Part shown: in pieces, positions 1 to 8,906 of the stretch
Numbering within the stretch: position 1 is the first letter of the stretch
Layout of the letters: each line of letters opens with the position of its first letter
From: Candidatus Omnitrophota bacterium
GTDB lineage: Bacteria > Omnitrophota > Gorgyraeia > Gygaellales > Gygaellaceae
Assembly (NCBI GenBank): GCA_018400015.1
Contig: JAGYNB010000001.1
Location: 328,321-392,320, forward strand
Reading direction: 5' to 3'
DNA length: 64,000 nt
Notes under the pieces: generated by a model
Seen by the model: the letters and a program-made list of their open reading frames with translations, nothing else
What the model was told of the DNA's origin: nothing
Database searches by the model: none
Translations under genes and position numbers: made by a program

Positions 1-120
1 AAAAGCAACTAATGTTATAAAACATTATTATAACCAAAAACAAAAGCTGATTTTATCTTCCAAAATCACCATATTAATACATAACGTTGTAAGTATTATT
101 TTAATAATTGACATATTATT

Positions 121-1242
121 ATGAAAAAAATTGTAATCATTGGTGCTGGTTTTGCAGGCTTAAGTCTGGCTTGCCGGCTTTCGAGGTATAGGGTTGATTA
201 TTCTTTGATTTTGATTGATAAAAGAAAAAAGAGCTGTTTTTTACCTTTGCTTCCCGATGTTATATCAGGTTATTTGCCCCCGGAGCATTTAGAGTATGAC
301 ATAGCAGCAATAAGCAAGCTTCAAGAGATAGATTATTTAAACGAGGAGGTAGTCAGAATCGACACCAAAGAAAACGTTATTTTTACTGCTAATTCAAGCG
401 TTCAATATGATTTTTTGGTTATCGCTAGCGGTTCAGAAACTAATTTCTTTGATAATCAACAGATGGAGGAAAATGCTTTTAAGTTAGATTGTGTTCAAGA
501 TGCGATAAGTATAGTTAATGCAGTCAAATCAAACAATTACGGTTGTGTAATTATTGTTGGGGCAGGTTATACCGGCATAGAGTTAGCGACTAGTCTGCGC
601 AAGCTTTTAACAAAGAATAAACTAGATATTCGTTTACTAATCGTTGAGCGCGAGCGTCAGATACTCAGCGGGCTTGAAGACTGGATGAGGAGCTATGTTT
701 TGAATAATTTAGTTGTTATGAATATAGAAGTTTTGACCAGCTGCGTTATCAAGGAATTCAAAACAAAAGATGTTTTATTGTCAGATAATAATCTTATATC
801 AAATTGTATGGTTATCCAAACAGCCGGTAAAAAGACTCCAGATTTTTTAGATAATATTGATTTCAATAAAGATAATCTCGGCAGGATAAAGGTTGATAGG
901 TATCTAAGAGCAAGTGAAAACTGTTTTGTAATTGGGGACTGCGCAAATTTTAGTTACCAAGAGAAAGCTTTGAGAATGGCTGTTCAGTTTTCCTTATCTG
1001 AGGCTGATATTGCTGCCCGCAATATTATTAATACTATCTACGGCATTAAGCTTTATCCTTATAAACCGAAGGATTTGGGATTTATTGTTCCGATGGCTAA
1101 TTGGAATTCTTGCGGTAAGGTGTTATCTTTTAATACCCAGGGAAAGTTAGCGAGCCTATTGCATTATGCCATGTGCGTATATAGAACCATAGGCCTTCGT
1201 AATAAATTTAACTTAATACGTTCTTTGGTGTATAATGGGTAA
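121..1242 (+). CDS. FAD/NAD(P)-dependent pyridine nucleotide-disulfide oxidoreductase, NDH-2-like
   Basis: N-terminal GxGxxG motif (IIGAGFAGL); second dinucleotide-binding motif (VGAGYTGIE); length and layout fit the type-II NADH dehydrogenase family. Confidence 0.6.
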   Translation: MKKIVIIGAGFAGLSLACRLSRYRVDYSLILIDKRKKSCFLPLLPDVISGYLPPEHLEYDIAAISKLQEIDYLNEEVVRIDTKENVIFTANSSVQYDFLVIASGSETNFFDNQQMEENAFKLDCVQDAISIVNAVKSNNYGCVIIVGAGYTGIELATSLRKLLTKNKLDIRLLIVERERQILSGLEDWMRSYVLNNLVVMNIEVLTSCVIKEFKTKDVLLSDNNLISNCMVIQTAGKKTPDFLDNIDFNKDNLGRIKVDRYLRASENCFVIGDCANFSYQEKALRMAVQFSLSEADIAARNIINTIYGIKLYPYKPKDLGFIVPMANWNSCGKVLSFNTQGKLASLLHYAMCVYRTIGLRNKFNLIRSLVYNG

Positions 1243-1244
1243 AT

Positions 1245-2939
1245 ATGAAAAAACAAAATAAAACTCTTAGAATATCTTTGGCTCAGATTAATCCCATAGT
1301 GGGGGATTTGGATTATAACACTAATAAAATAATCAGTTATATCGCAAAAGCAAAAAAGCTCGGTTCTGATATGGTGGTTGTTCCTGAGCTGGCGATTACC
1401 GGATACCCGCCGGAAGATCTTTTATTAAAGAAGCATTTTATCGATGATAATCTTAAATATCTTAAGAAAATAAGAAAACATACAAAAGATATTATCTGTA
1501 TTGTTGGTTTTATAGATAAAAAAGACAAATATATTTATAATGCAGCCGCAGTAATCAACAATACTAAATTAAAGGGAGTGTACCATAAGATAAATTTGCC
1601 TAATTACAGCGTATTCGATGAAAAACGATACTTTACTAGCGGTGAAAATTCGCCAATTTTTTCTATCAAAGGCATTAATTTTGGTGTGAATATTTGCTGG
1701 GATATATGGCAGGATAACAATATCACCAAAACACTCAGCAAGAAGGGAGCAAAACTGATTATCAATATTTCCGCATCGCCTTTTCATATTGGCAAAAGGC
1801 ATTTTAGGAGACAGGGTTTAATTAAGCGTATTGATGAAAATAATATCGCCATCGCTTATTGCAATCTTGTCGGAGGCATAGATGAGCTTGTGTTTGACGG
1901 TGACAGCCTTATTATGGATAGGGATAAAAAAATAGTTGCAATTGCCAATCAATTCAAAGAGGAGCTTGTCAGCGCAGATCTGCCGGTTAAAGATTATTTG
2001 AGCAATAATCAAGATAAATCCGTGATTAAGCTAAAAGGCGCTATAAAAAATAGACCAGTTTTAAATAATACGTCTTATGTTGCTTTGGATACGTTATCTG
2101 AAATATACGGTTCTTTGGTTTTAGGCACCAGGGATTATGTCTTGAAGAACGGGTTTAAAAAAGTTGTTATCGGCCTAAGCGGGGGGATCGATTCGAGTCT
2201 TGTTGCGGCTATTGCTGTTGATGCGGTTGGAAAGAATAATTGCCTGGGGGTTTTTATGTCCTCGCGTTTTACCTCACGGGCTTCAATAGACGATAGTTTA
2301 GAGCTTTCAAAGAAACTGGGAATAGAGACTTTTTCCATACCGATAGAAGATATCTTCAGGTCTTACCTTAAAACTTTAGATAATGTTTTTAAAGATAGAA
2401 AGTCAGATATTACAGAAGAGAACATTCAGGCGCGCATAAGAGGCAATATTTTAATGGCTTTATCTAATAAATTCAAATGGCTGGTATTAACTACAGGCAA
2501 TAAAAGCGAGATATCAGTTGGATACTGTACTCTTTATGGAGACATGGCCGGAGGCTTTGCAGTGTTAAAAGATGTGCCTAAGACTTTGGTTTATAAGTTG
2601 GCAGAGTTTTTTAATAAGAATAACGGTAATATAATACCTGATAGAATACTTAAAAAAGCTCCTAGCGCTGAACTTAAAGCGAACCAAAAAGACCAGGACA
2701 AGCTTCCTGCTTACGATGTCTTAGATGAGATATTAAAATATTACGTAGAAGATGATTTACCTGTGGACAAAATTCGAAAAAAGACAGGTAAGGGGTTGAA
2801 TTTAATAAGAAGAATCGTGAAATTGGTTGATTCAAACGAATATAAGCGCCGACAGGCTCCAGTGGGGGTTAAGATATCCAAGAAGGCTTTTGGTAAAGAC
2901 AGGCGTCTTCCCATCATTAACAAGTATAAAGATTATTAG
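1245..2939 (+). CDS. nadE: Glutamine-dependent NAD+ synthetase (nitrilase domain + NAD synthetase domain)
   Basis: N-terminal CN-hydrolase domain; C-terminal PP-loop SGGIDSS; 564 aa bifunctional architecture. Confidence 0.85.
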   Translation: MKKQNKTLRISLAQINPIVGDLDYNTNKIISYIAKAKKLGSDMVVVPELAITGYPPEDLLLKKHFIDDNLKYLKKIRKHTKDIICIVGFIDKKDKYIYNAAAVINNTKLKGVYHKINLPNYSVFDEKRYFTSGENSPIFSIKGINFGVNICWDIWQDNNITKTLSKKGAKLIINISASPFHIGKRHFRRQGLIKRIDENNIAIAYCNLVGGIDELVFDGDSLIMDRDKKIVAIANQFKEELVSADLPVKDYLSNNQDKSVIKLKGAIKNRPVLNNTSYVALDTLSEIYGSLVLGTRDYVLKNGFKKVVIGLSGGIDSSLVAAIAVDAVGKNNCLGVFMSSRFTSRASIDDSLELSKKLGIETFSIPIEDIFRSYLKTLDNVFKDRKSDITEENIQARIRGNILMALSNKFKWLVLTTGNKSEISVGYCTLYGDMAGGFAVLKDVPKTLVYKLAEFFNKNNGNIIPDRILKKAPSAELKANQKDQDKLPAYDVLDEILKYYVEDDLPVDKIRKKTGKGLNLIRRIVKLVDSNEYKRRQAPVGVKISKKAFGKDRRLPIINKYKDY

Positions 2940-2953
2940 TCTGATATATAAAC

Positions 2954-2983
2954 AAAAAAACCCTTTTTAAAAGGGTTTTCTTG
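2954..2983 (+). terminator. Putative rho-independent terminator after nadE
   Basis: AAACCC-loop-GGGTTT hairpin followed by a T-rich tract. Confidence 0.45.
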
Positions 2984-3126
2984 TAAGGAGATAATCCTTG
3001 GTGGCTCCCGCTATCTAACTGCCTCCTTGTTTTATCTTGAAATCTATAGTAACTATAACTTATATTGCGGGTTAAATCAAGGGACTTAGATTGATTAATT
3101 GAAAGCGTTTTCTTTTTGGTAGTGTT

Positions 3127-3135
3127 TGGTATAAT
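3127..3135 (+). promoter_or_regulatory. Extended -10 promoter element (TGgTATAAT) upstream of pncA leader
   Basis: TGnTATAAT match about 160 nt upstream of the pncA start; a similar TGtTATAAT lies upstream of the PEBP gene at about 3940. Confidence 0.3.
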
Positions 3136-3290
3136 GAGAATAGTTTTTCCTTGAAAAAATCCAAAGGTGTTTTGATGTTACAGGTTAATTTTAAAAATGT
3201 TTCCTGCAATAGCGATGCCACAGCTTTTATCGTGGATAATCCAGATGCCTGGAAACGGGATATAGAAGCGAGAATCAAAAAATAATATAT

Positions 3291-3884
3291 ATGAAAAAAG
3301 CATTGTTGGTTGTTGATGTACAGAATGATTTTTGTTCCCGTGGCGCTTTGGCTGTAAAAGAGGCTGATAGTATAATCCCTGTAATTAATAAATATATCGA
3401 GCTATTCGAAAAAAAATCTTTGCCGATTTTTGCCTCCCGCGATTGGCACCCCAAAGAGACCACGCACTTTAAAGATTTTGGGGGTCCGTGGCCAACTCAT
3501 TGTGTGATGGATACATTTGGCGCAGAGTTTAACTGCCGGCTAAAGCTTACTTCTAAAACGGTTATTATCTCTAAAGGGATAGATAAAGAAAAAGACAGCT
3601 ATTCTGATTTTCAGGCTTTCACTGGGGGAGGCGAAGCGTTTTTGGATGTTTTGAAAAGATTTAATATAGATGAGCTTTTTGTTTGCGGTATAGCCACGGA
3701 TTATTGCGTTAAGGCTTCTGTAATAGATGCTTTAAGATACGGCTTTAAGGTAAATGTTTTAGTGGATGCGGTAAAGGCAGTGAATTTATCATCCGATGAC
3801 GGTGAAAAAGCGCTGGATGAGATGAATAAATCAGGAGCTGTTAGCCTTACGTTTGAAAGAGTAGGAAAAATAATTTCTGATTGA
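3291..3884 (+). CDS. pncA: Nicotinamidase / isochorismatase-family hydrolase
   Basis: VVDVQNDF aspartate motif, catalytic Cys in CGIATDYCV, ~200 aa; adjacent to nadE (NAD salvage). Confidence 0.8.
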   Translation: MKKALLVVDVQNDFCSRGALAVKEADSIIPVINKYIELFEKKSLPIFASRDWHPKETTHFKDFGGPWPTHCVMDTFGAEFNCRLKLTSKTVIISKGIDKEKDSYSDFQAFTGGGEAFLDVLKRFNIDELFVCGIATDYCVKASVIDALRYGFKVNVLVDAVKAVNLSSDDGEKALDEMNKSGAVSLTFERVGKIISD

Positions 3885-3968
3885 AGAGTTTTTAAAAAGA
3901 TTATTGTTTAAAAGTTGGATTTTCAGGTTATTAGTTTGTATAATGGGATTAATAAAAAAAGGTAGTGT

Positions 3969-4400
3969 ATGCAATTAACTAGTTCTGCATTCGTTGATAA
4001 TGGTATGATTCCTGTAAAATACACATGTCAGGGGCAGGATATAAATCCTGATTTGATTATCGAAGGCATTGCGGAAAATACAAAGAGCTTAGCTTTGATA
4101 ATGGATGATCCTGATGCGCCGATTGGTACCTGGGTTCATTGGGTAGTCTTTGATATTCCTGTAATTGGTCGTATTGAAGAAAATACAATTCCCGGAAAAC
4201 AAGGGAAAAATACTGCAGGAAGATTAAATTATCATGGGCCCTGCCCGCCTTCAGGCACCCACCGATATTTTTTTAAGATATATGCATTGGATAGTTTCCT
4301 GGATTTAGATAAATATGCAACCAAGGCCGAATTAGAATCCAGTATGCAGGGTCATATTTTGGACCAGGCGCAGTTGGTGGGTTTGTATAAGAAAAAATAG
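3969..4400 (+). CDS. YbhB/YbcL-family PEBP (Raf-kinase-inhibitor-like) protein
   Basis: HWVVFDIP and GYHGPCPPSGTHRYFF signature motifs of bacterial PEBPs. Confidence 0.8.
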   Translation: MQLTSSAFVDNGMIPVKYTCQGQDINPDLIIEGIAENTKSLALIMDDPDAPIGTWVHWVVFDIPVIGRIEENTIPGKQGKNTAGRLNYHGPCPPSGTHRYFFKIYALDSFLDLDKYATKAELESSMQGHILDQAQLVGLYKKK

Positions 4401-4403
4401 TTT

Positions 4404-5285
4404 TTAGTGCTTTGGTTCTAGATGTATTACTACATCGGTTACGCCAACAAGACGGTTTTTAATCAGTATTTCGATTTGGTTGCTGATTTCGTGGGCTTTT
4501 TCTATCGGCATTGCCGGCTCAACCTGGACATGCAAGTCAAGGTTGATATCGTCTTCTCTTCCTCTGGAGCGAATTTTATGACAGCTTATTACTCCTTTTA
4601 CCGACAGGACTATATCTGATATTTCTTTAGTGTTCTTTATTGGTTGAGTATCGCATAAAATAGCGGAGCTAGATCTTGCTATTTTTATGCCGCTGTAGGC
4701 AATAAAAATAGATATAAGTATTGCGACTATAGGATCGATTATGGGAAATCCCAGTTTTGTAAAAATCAGAGCAACAAATACAGAACCTGTAGTTAAAAGG
4801 TCGGCTTTTGTGTGTATGGCGTCTGCTTTTAAAATATCGCTTTTTAATAACCGGCCTTGTTTGAGCTCGTATTTGACCACGAATATATTTACGACAAAGG
4901 TAGCTAACATAACGACAAAGCTTAATAAACTTATGCTAGGTGTAATAGGGTTTTTAAGTTGGGGTATAGATACTCTTAACAGATTAAAGGCAATCACAAA
5001 CAAAACGAGAGATATAAAAAAAGAAAAAAGGGTTTCGTATTTTTTATGGCCGTAGGGGTGTTCTGCGTCCTTAGGTTGTGAGGCAATATGAATTCCAATA
5101 AGGGCAATTATATTGGATGTGCCGTCAGATAAAGAATGGAATCCGTCCGCGGTAATGCTATGGCTTGTGATTAAAAGACCATAAACGATTTTAACTGCAG
5201 CTACAGCCCAATTAAGAGCAAGAATCGCGATCAGTACCTTTTTTATTTTAGCGAAACGCTGGAATCCTGTTGTGGGTATATGCAT
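4404..5285 (-). CDS. Cation diffusion facilitator (CDF) family metal efflux transporter
   Basis: Six predicted TM helices; HSLSDG metal-binding motif in TM2 and a HxxxD-like motif in TM5; C-terminal cytoplasmic domain. Confidence 0.75.
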   Translation of the reverse strand: MHIPTTGFQRFAKIKKVLIAILALNWAVAAVKIVYGLLITSHSITADGFHSLSDGTSNIIALIGIHIASQPKDAEHPYGHKKYETLFSFFISLVLFVIAFNLLRVSIPQLKNPITPSISLLSFVVMLATFVVNIFVVKYELKQGRLLKSDILKADAIHTKADLLTTGSVFVALIFTKLGFPIIDPIVAILISIFIAYSGIKIARSSSAILCDTQPIKNTKEISDIVLSVKGVISCHKIRSRGREDDINLDLHVQVEPAMPIEKAHEISNQIEILIKNRLVGVTDVVIHLEPKH

Positions 5286-5373
5286 AAAACTTATTATACT
5301 CTCAAAGAAAAATTATTGCAATTTTTGATATTTCCTTTGATAATTCTGTTATTTATTATAAAATGTACTAGCT

Positions 5374-5766
5374 ATGGATAAATTCTTTATTGAAAAAAAG
5401 ATCTATTACCACGATACGGATTGCGGTAAGGTAGTTTATTATGCAAATTATCTAAAATATCTGGAAGAAGCAAGGACGGAGTTTTTCTTATCCCGCGGCA
5501 TAGAATTAAAAAAATTAGCGCAAGAAGGGATACTTTTTGTAGTTGCTAAAGTTGATATTGATTATAAGGTTTCAGCCAGATATCAGGATGTTTTACGTAT
5601 CTACTGCGAAGTGGCAAGCGTGAAAAAGGTGGCTATCGAGTTTGTTAACACCATTAAAAGGGATTCTACAGTTATTTCTCAGGCAACAGTCGTGCTTGTT
5701 TGCGTGGGTGTAGACTTTAAACCAAGGTCATTGCCTGAAGATATCAAGCAACTTTTATTGTCGTGA
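5374..5766 (+). CDS. Acyl-CoA thioesterase, YbgC/4HBT hot-dog family
   Basis: 130 aa, YYHDTD...VYYANY N-terminus typical of YbgC/FcoT 4HBT thioesterases. Confidence 0.7.
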   Translation: MDKFFIEKKIYYHDTDCGKVVYYANYLKYLEEARTEFFLSRGIELKKLAQEGILFVVAKVDIDYKVSARYQDVLRIYCEVASVKKVAIEFVNTIKRDSTVISQATVVLVCVGVDFKPRSLPEDIKQLLLS

Positions 5767-6092
5767 GAATTTGGGATATTCCCCCTTCAAAGTTATGCCG
5801 GCAGCATCTTTTAGGTGAGCATCGCGAGCTACATGCGATATGGAGTATCCTTATTAATTCAAAAAAAGGATATTCGCGTCATCCAGAGGTTTTAAGGTGG
5901 AGAGGCAAACTAAAAGCATTGTATGCAAGACATCAGGCGCTTTGTGCAGAATTGGCCAAAAGAGGTTATAATCATAAAAGCCCCCTAGATAAGAAAAAGG
6001 CAAAAGGAAATAGTTCTCAGGATAAGTTAATAGATTCAATAAGAAAACAAAAGTATATTTTGAAGAAAAAACAGTGTAATTGCAGGGTTTAA
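5763..6092 (+). CDS. Pyrimidine dimer DNA glycosylase (T4 endonuclease V / Pyr_excise)-like small protein
   Basis: N-terminus RIWDIPPSKLCRQHLLGEHRELHAI resembles the T4 endoV N-terminus (TRINL..LADQHLMAEYRELPRV, quoted from memory), including the catalytic-Glu context. GTG start overlapping the upstream stop (GTGA). Confidence 0.45.
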   Translation: MRIWDIPPSKLCRQHLLGEHRELHAIWSILINSKKGYSRHPEVLRWRGKLKALYARHQALCAELAKRGYNHKSPLDKKKAKGNSSQDKLIDSIRKQKYILKKKQCNCRV

Positions 6093-6093
6093 A

Positions 6094-6864
6094 ATGCATA
6101 GGATATTATTTGAAATAGGAAACTTTAAGGTTTATAGCTACGGATTTATGATCGCTTTGGGTTTTGTTGTTGCGTTATTGTTTTCAGTCAGGGAAGCGAA
6201 ATCCAGGGGTTTAAATATTTCTTTGCTGCAGGATTTGTTTTTTTGGATTGTTTTAATTGGTTTTTTTGGAGCGCGCATAGTTTATATTTTGACCCAATGG
6301 CAGTATTTTATAGTCCATCCGTTTGAATTATTGTTGTCAAAAGGCGGTTTTGTTTTTTATGGCGGTTTTATATTCGGGCTTATAGCGGCAATGATATTTT
6401 TAAAAGTTAAGCGCGTTGCTTTTTATCCTATCGCTGATATCATCATGCCTTATTTGGCGCTAGCGCATGCTTTTGGCAGGGTGGGGTGCTTTCTAAACGG
6501 CTGTTGTTATGGTGTGCCCACTCAGGCTTTTTACGGAGTTAGGTTCCCGGCTGATTGTGCTGCCGGTCAGATTGCCGGAAGGTTAATCCCTACGCAGCTT
6601 ATATCAGCCAGCGCACTTTTAATAATATTTTTGGTTCTTGTGGCAATAAAGAAAAAGACAAATATTCAGGGCCTGGTTTTTTGGTTTTATGTTTTTCTTT
6701 ATTCTTTGACAAGATTTTTAATTGAATTTATCCGTTATGACTACCGCGGCAATATTGGAATTTTCTCTATTTCCCAGGTATTTGCCATTTGTTTTACAGG
6801 GATTTCGCTGTTTATGATACTAAGGCTTAAAAAGATTACAAAAAATCCTTCTAATAATGTATAA
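6094..6864 (+). CDS. lgt: Prolipoprotein diacylglyceryl transferase
   Basis: Polytopic membrane protein with Lgt-like GFFGARIVY and YGGFIFG motifs and a conserved G-rich loop (HAFGRVGCFLNGCCYG). Confidence 0.7.
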   Translation: MHRILFEIGNFKVYSYGFMIALGFVVALLFSVREAKSRGLNISLLQDLFFWIVLIGFFGARIVYILTQWQYFIVHPFELLLSKGGFVFYGGFIFGLIAAMIFLKVKRVAFYPIADIIMPYLALAHAFGRVGCFLNGCCYGVPTQAFYGVRFPADCAAGQIAGRLIPTQLISASALLIIFLVLVAIKKKTNIQGLVFWFYVFLYSLTRFLIEFIRYDYRGNIGIFSISQVFAICFTGISLFMILRLKKITKNPSNNV

Positions 6865-6873
6865 TGACTTATT

Positions 6874-7347
6874 ATGAAACTACTGGAAATTAAGAAATAT
6901 CCGGATAAGATTCTTAAAAAAACCTGTGAAGACATAGTTGAAGTTACGGAAAAAGAACTAAAGTTGTTTGATAGTATGCTTTATACAATGAAGCATTTTT
7001 ACGGCATTGGTTTAGCCGGTCCGCAGGTGGGAATTTTAAAGAATATAATTGTTGTTGATATCGGTGAAGGGCCGGTAAAATTAATTAATCCAAAGGTTGT
7101 TGCTTTAAATGGCAGCGGTGTTATGAAAGAAGGTTGTCTGAGCGTTCCTGGAGTGGACGTGGAAGTTGAACGCGCCTATAAAATTACCGTATTGGGAGTA
7201 AATGAAAAGGGAAATGATGTTGAACTTAAGGTAAGGGGTTTACTGGCTAGAGTTTTATTGCATGAGATTGACCATTTAAGAGGCAAAACAATAGTAGATT
7301 ATATGCAGTTTTTTGATAAGATGAAGTTTAATTTAAAGGGAAGATGA
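6874..7347 (+). CDS. def: Peptide deformylase
   Basis: The three PDF motifs: GIGLAGPQVG, EGCLSVPG, HEIDHLRG. Confidence 0.9.
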   Translation: MKLLEIKKYPDKILKKTCEDIVEVTEKELKLFDSMLYTMKHFYGIGLAGPQVGILKNIIVVDIGEGPVKLINPKVVALNGSGVMKEGCLSVPGVDVEVERAYKITVLGVNEKGNDVELKVRGLLARVLLHEIDHLRGKTIVDYMQFFDKMKFNLKGR

Positions 7348-7348
7348 T

Positions 7349-7561
7349 ATGAGCGAGTGCAAAATAGAACAGAATAAAAAGTATTGTAATTGCAGTTATG
7401 ATTCCTGCGGTAAAAAAGGCATATGCTGCGATTGTCTGCATTATCATAGAAAACAAGGGCAAATGCCTGCGTGTTTTTTCCCCGATGATATTGAAAAAGC
7501 ATATGACCGCTCAATTGATAAATTTATTGAAGTGTATAATGAAAGAGGCGCGTGGTGGTAG
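7349..7561 (+). CDS. Small cysteine-rich protein of unknown function (70 aa)
   Basis: ORF with RBS, wedged between def and trxB (2-nt gap, 10-nt overlap). Motif C-x-C-x4-C-x5-CC-x-C-x2-HYH; no family recognised. Confidence 0.4.
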   Translation: MSECKIEQNKKYCNCSYDSCGKKGICCDCLHYHRKQGQMPACFFPDDIEKAYDRSIDKFIEVYNERGAWW

Positions 7562-8517
7562 ACGGTAATCAGCTGTATGATTTATTGATTATTGGTGCTG
7601 GTCCTGCGGGTTTGACTGCTGCAATATATGCTGGGCGTTCAAGGCTGAATACGCTTGTTTTTGAGTCTGCGTCTAATTTAAGTCAGGCTATGCTTACAGA
7701 CGATATTGAAAATTACCCTGGTTTTCCCGAGGGTATTACTGGAATGGAGTTGGTTGAAAAATTTAAAACTCAGGCGAAGAATTTTTCAGCTAAGATAATG
7801 AGCAAGGAAGTAAAAAAAATCGAACAGGCCGATCTTGAAGGCAAGAAAGTATGGGCTGTTTATACCGATGACGGGCAAGTTTTTAAGAGCCTGTCCGTCA
7901 TTATCGCAACTGGCGCAAAGCCGAAACAGCTTGGCGTTGATGGGGAAAATCTTTTACGCGGTAAGGGTGTTTCGTATTGTGCAACTTGCGATGCTGCTTT
8001 TTTTAAAAATAAGAAAGTCGTTGTTGTCGGAGGTGGAGATACGGCTATTGAAGAGGCGCTTTTTCTCACGCGTTTTGCCAGTGAAGTTGTTGTTGTGCAC
8101 AGAAGGAATAAACTTCGCGCTACAAAGATCCTGCAGGAAAGAGCATTGGAGAATAAAAAGATAAGTTTTTTGTGGGAATCCAATCTAGTATCCATAGAAG
8201 GAAAGCAGAAAGTAGAAGGTGTGATTTGTGAAAATGTAAATACAAAACAAAAAAGCTCGTGTAAATGCGACGGGGTTTTTATATTTGTTGGCTATGAGCC
8301 AAATACATCTTTTTTAAAAGCCTTGCTTAATGCCGACGACTCAGGTTATCTTATCGTTAATAAAAAGCTAGAAACGTCATCTAAGGGTATCTTCGCCTGC
8401 GGAGACTGTTGCCAGAAGCACTTAAAACAGGTTATAACTGCCTGCGCCGAAGGTGCGTTGGCATATCACTATAGCTTTTCATATATTAATGAAGTCAAAG
8501 GGATTGTTTATAAATAA
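7552..8517 (+). CDS. trxB: Thioredoxin-disulfide reductase
   Basis: GAGPAG FAD motif, redox-active CATCD disulfide, NADPH motif GGGDTA; GTG start. Confidence 0.9.
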   Translation: MVVDGNQLYDLLIIGAGPAGLTAAIYAGRSRLNTLVFESASNLSQAMLTDDIENYPGFPEGITGMELVEKFKTQAKNFSAKIMSKEVKKIEQADLEGKKVWAVYTDDGQVFKSLSVIIATGAKPKQLGVDGENLLRGKGVSYCATCDAAFFKNKKVVVVGGGDTAIEEALFLTRFASEVVVVHRRNKLRATKILQERALENKKISFLWESNLVSIEGKQKVEGVICENVNTKQKSSCKCDGVFIFVGYEPNTSFLKALLNADDSGYLIVNKKLETSSKGIFACGDCCQKHLKQVITACAEGALAYHYSFSYINEVKGIVYK

Positions 8518-8541
8518 ATCAACTCGAGAAAGGAGTTACTC

Positions 8542-8859
8542 ATGGAGATTGAAATAAGAGAGGATAATTTTAAAACAGAGGTGTTGGAGTCTAAAATCCC
8601 TTGTTTGGTGGATTTTTGGGCCGAGTGGTGCGGGCCTTGTAAAATGATCGCACCTTCTTTAAAAGAAATTGCTCAAGAGTATAAAGATAAGATCAAGGTT
8701 TGTAAAATAAATATTGATGAAGCTTCTTCTATCGCCAGTAGCTATGGTATAATGAGCATACCTACGTTAATGGTTTTTAAGGATGGATCGGTGCAAAATA
8801 GCGCAGTAGGTGCTTTGCCAAAATCAGACATAGTCTCCTTGATAAAGTCTTATGTATAA
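8542..8859 (+). CDS. trxA: Thioredoxin
   Basis: WCGPCK active site; 105 aa. Confidence 0.9.
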   Translation: MEIEIREDNFKTEVLESKIPCLVDFWAEWCGPCKMIAPSLKEIAQEYKDKIKVCKINIDEASSIASSYGIMSIPTLMVFKDGSVQNSAVGALPKSDIVSLIKSYV

Positions 8860-8906
8860 ATTAGTTGTAATAGTTTCTTTTATTATGATATAATTGAAAA
8901 GTCAAA

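Noticed and set aside
2940-3290. Possible NAD-type riboswitch upstream of pncA
   Set aside because: I could not recognise any conserved NAD-I/NAD-II riboswitch core, and those classes are linked to nadA/pnuC rather than pncA. Left as a generic leader.
3072-3463. Minus-strand ORFs in the nadE-pncA spacer and over the pncA start
   Set aside because: No RBS, and they overlap the pncA start and promoter elements; likely noncoding.
4398-4406. Convergent PEBP (+) and CDF (-) genes separated by only 3 nt with no terminator hairpin
   Set aside because: Simply tight packing; no bidirectional terminator structure can be supported from sequence.
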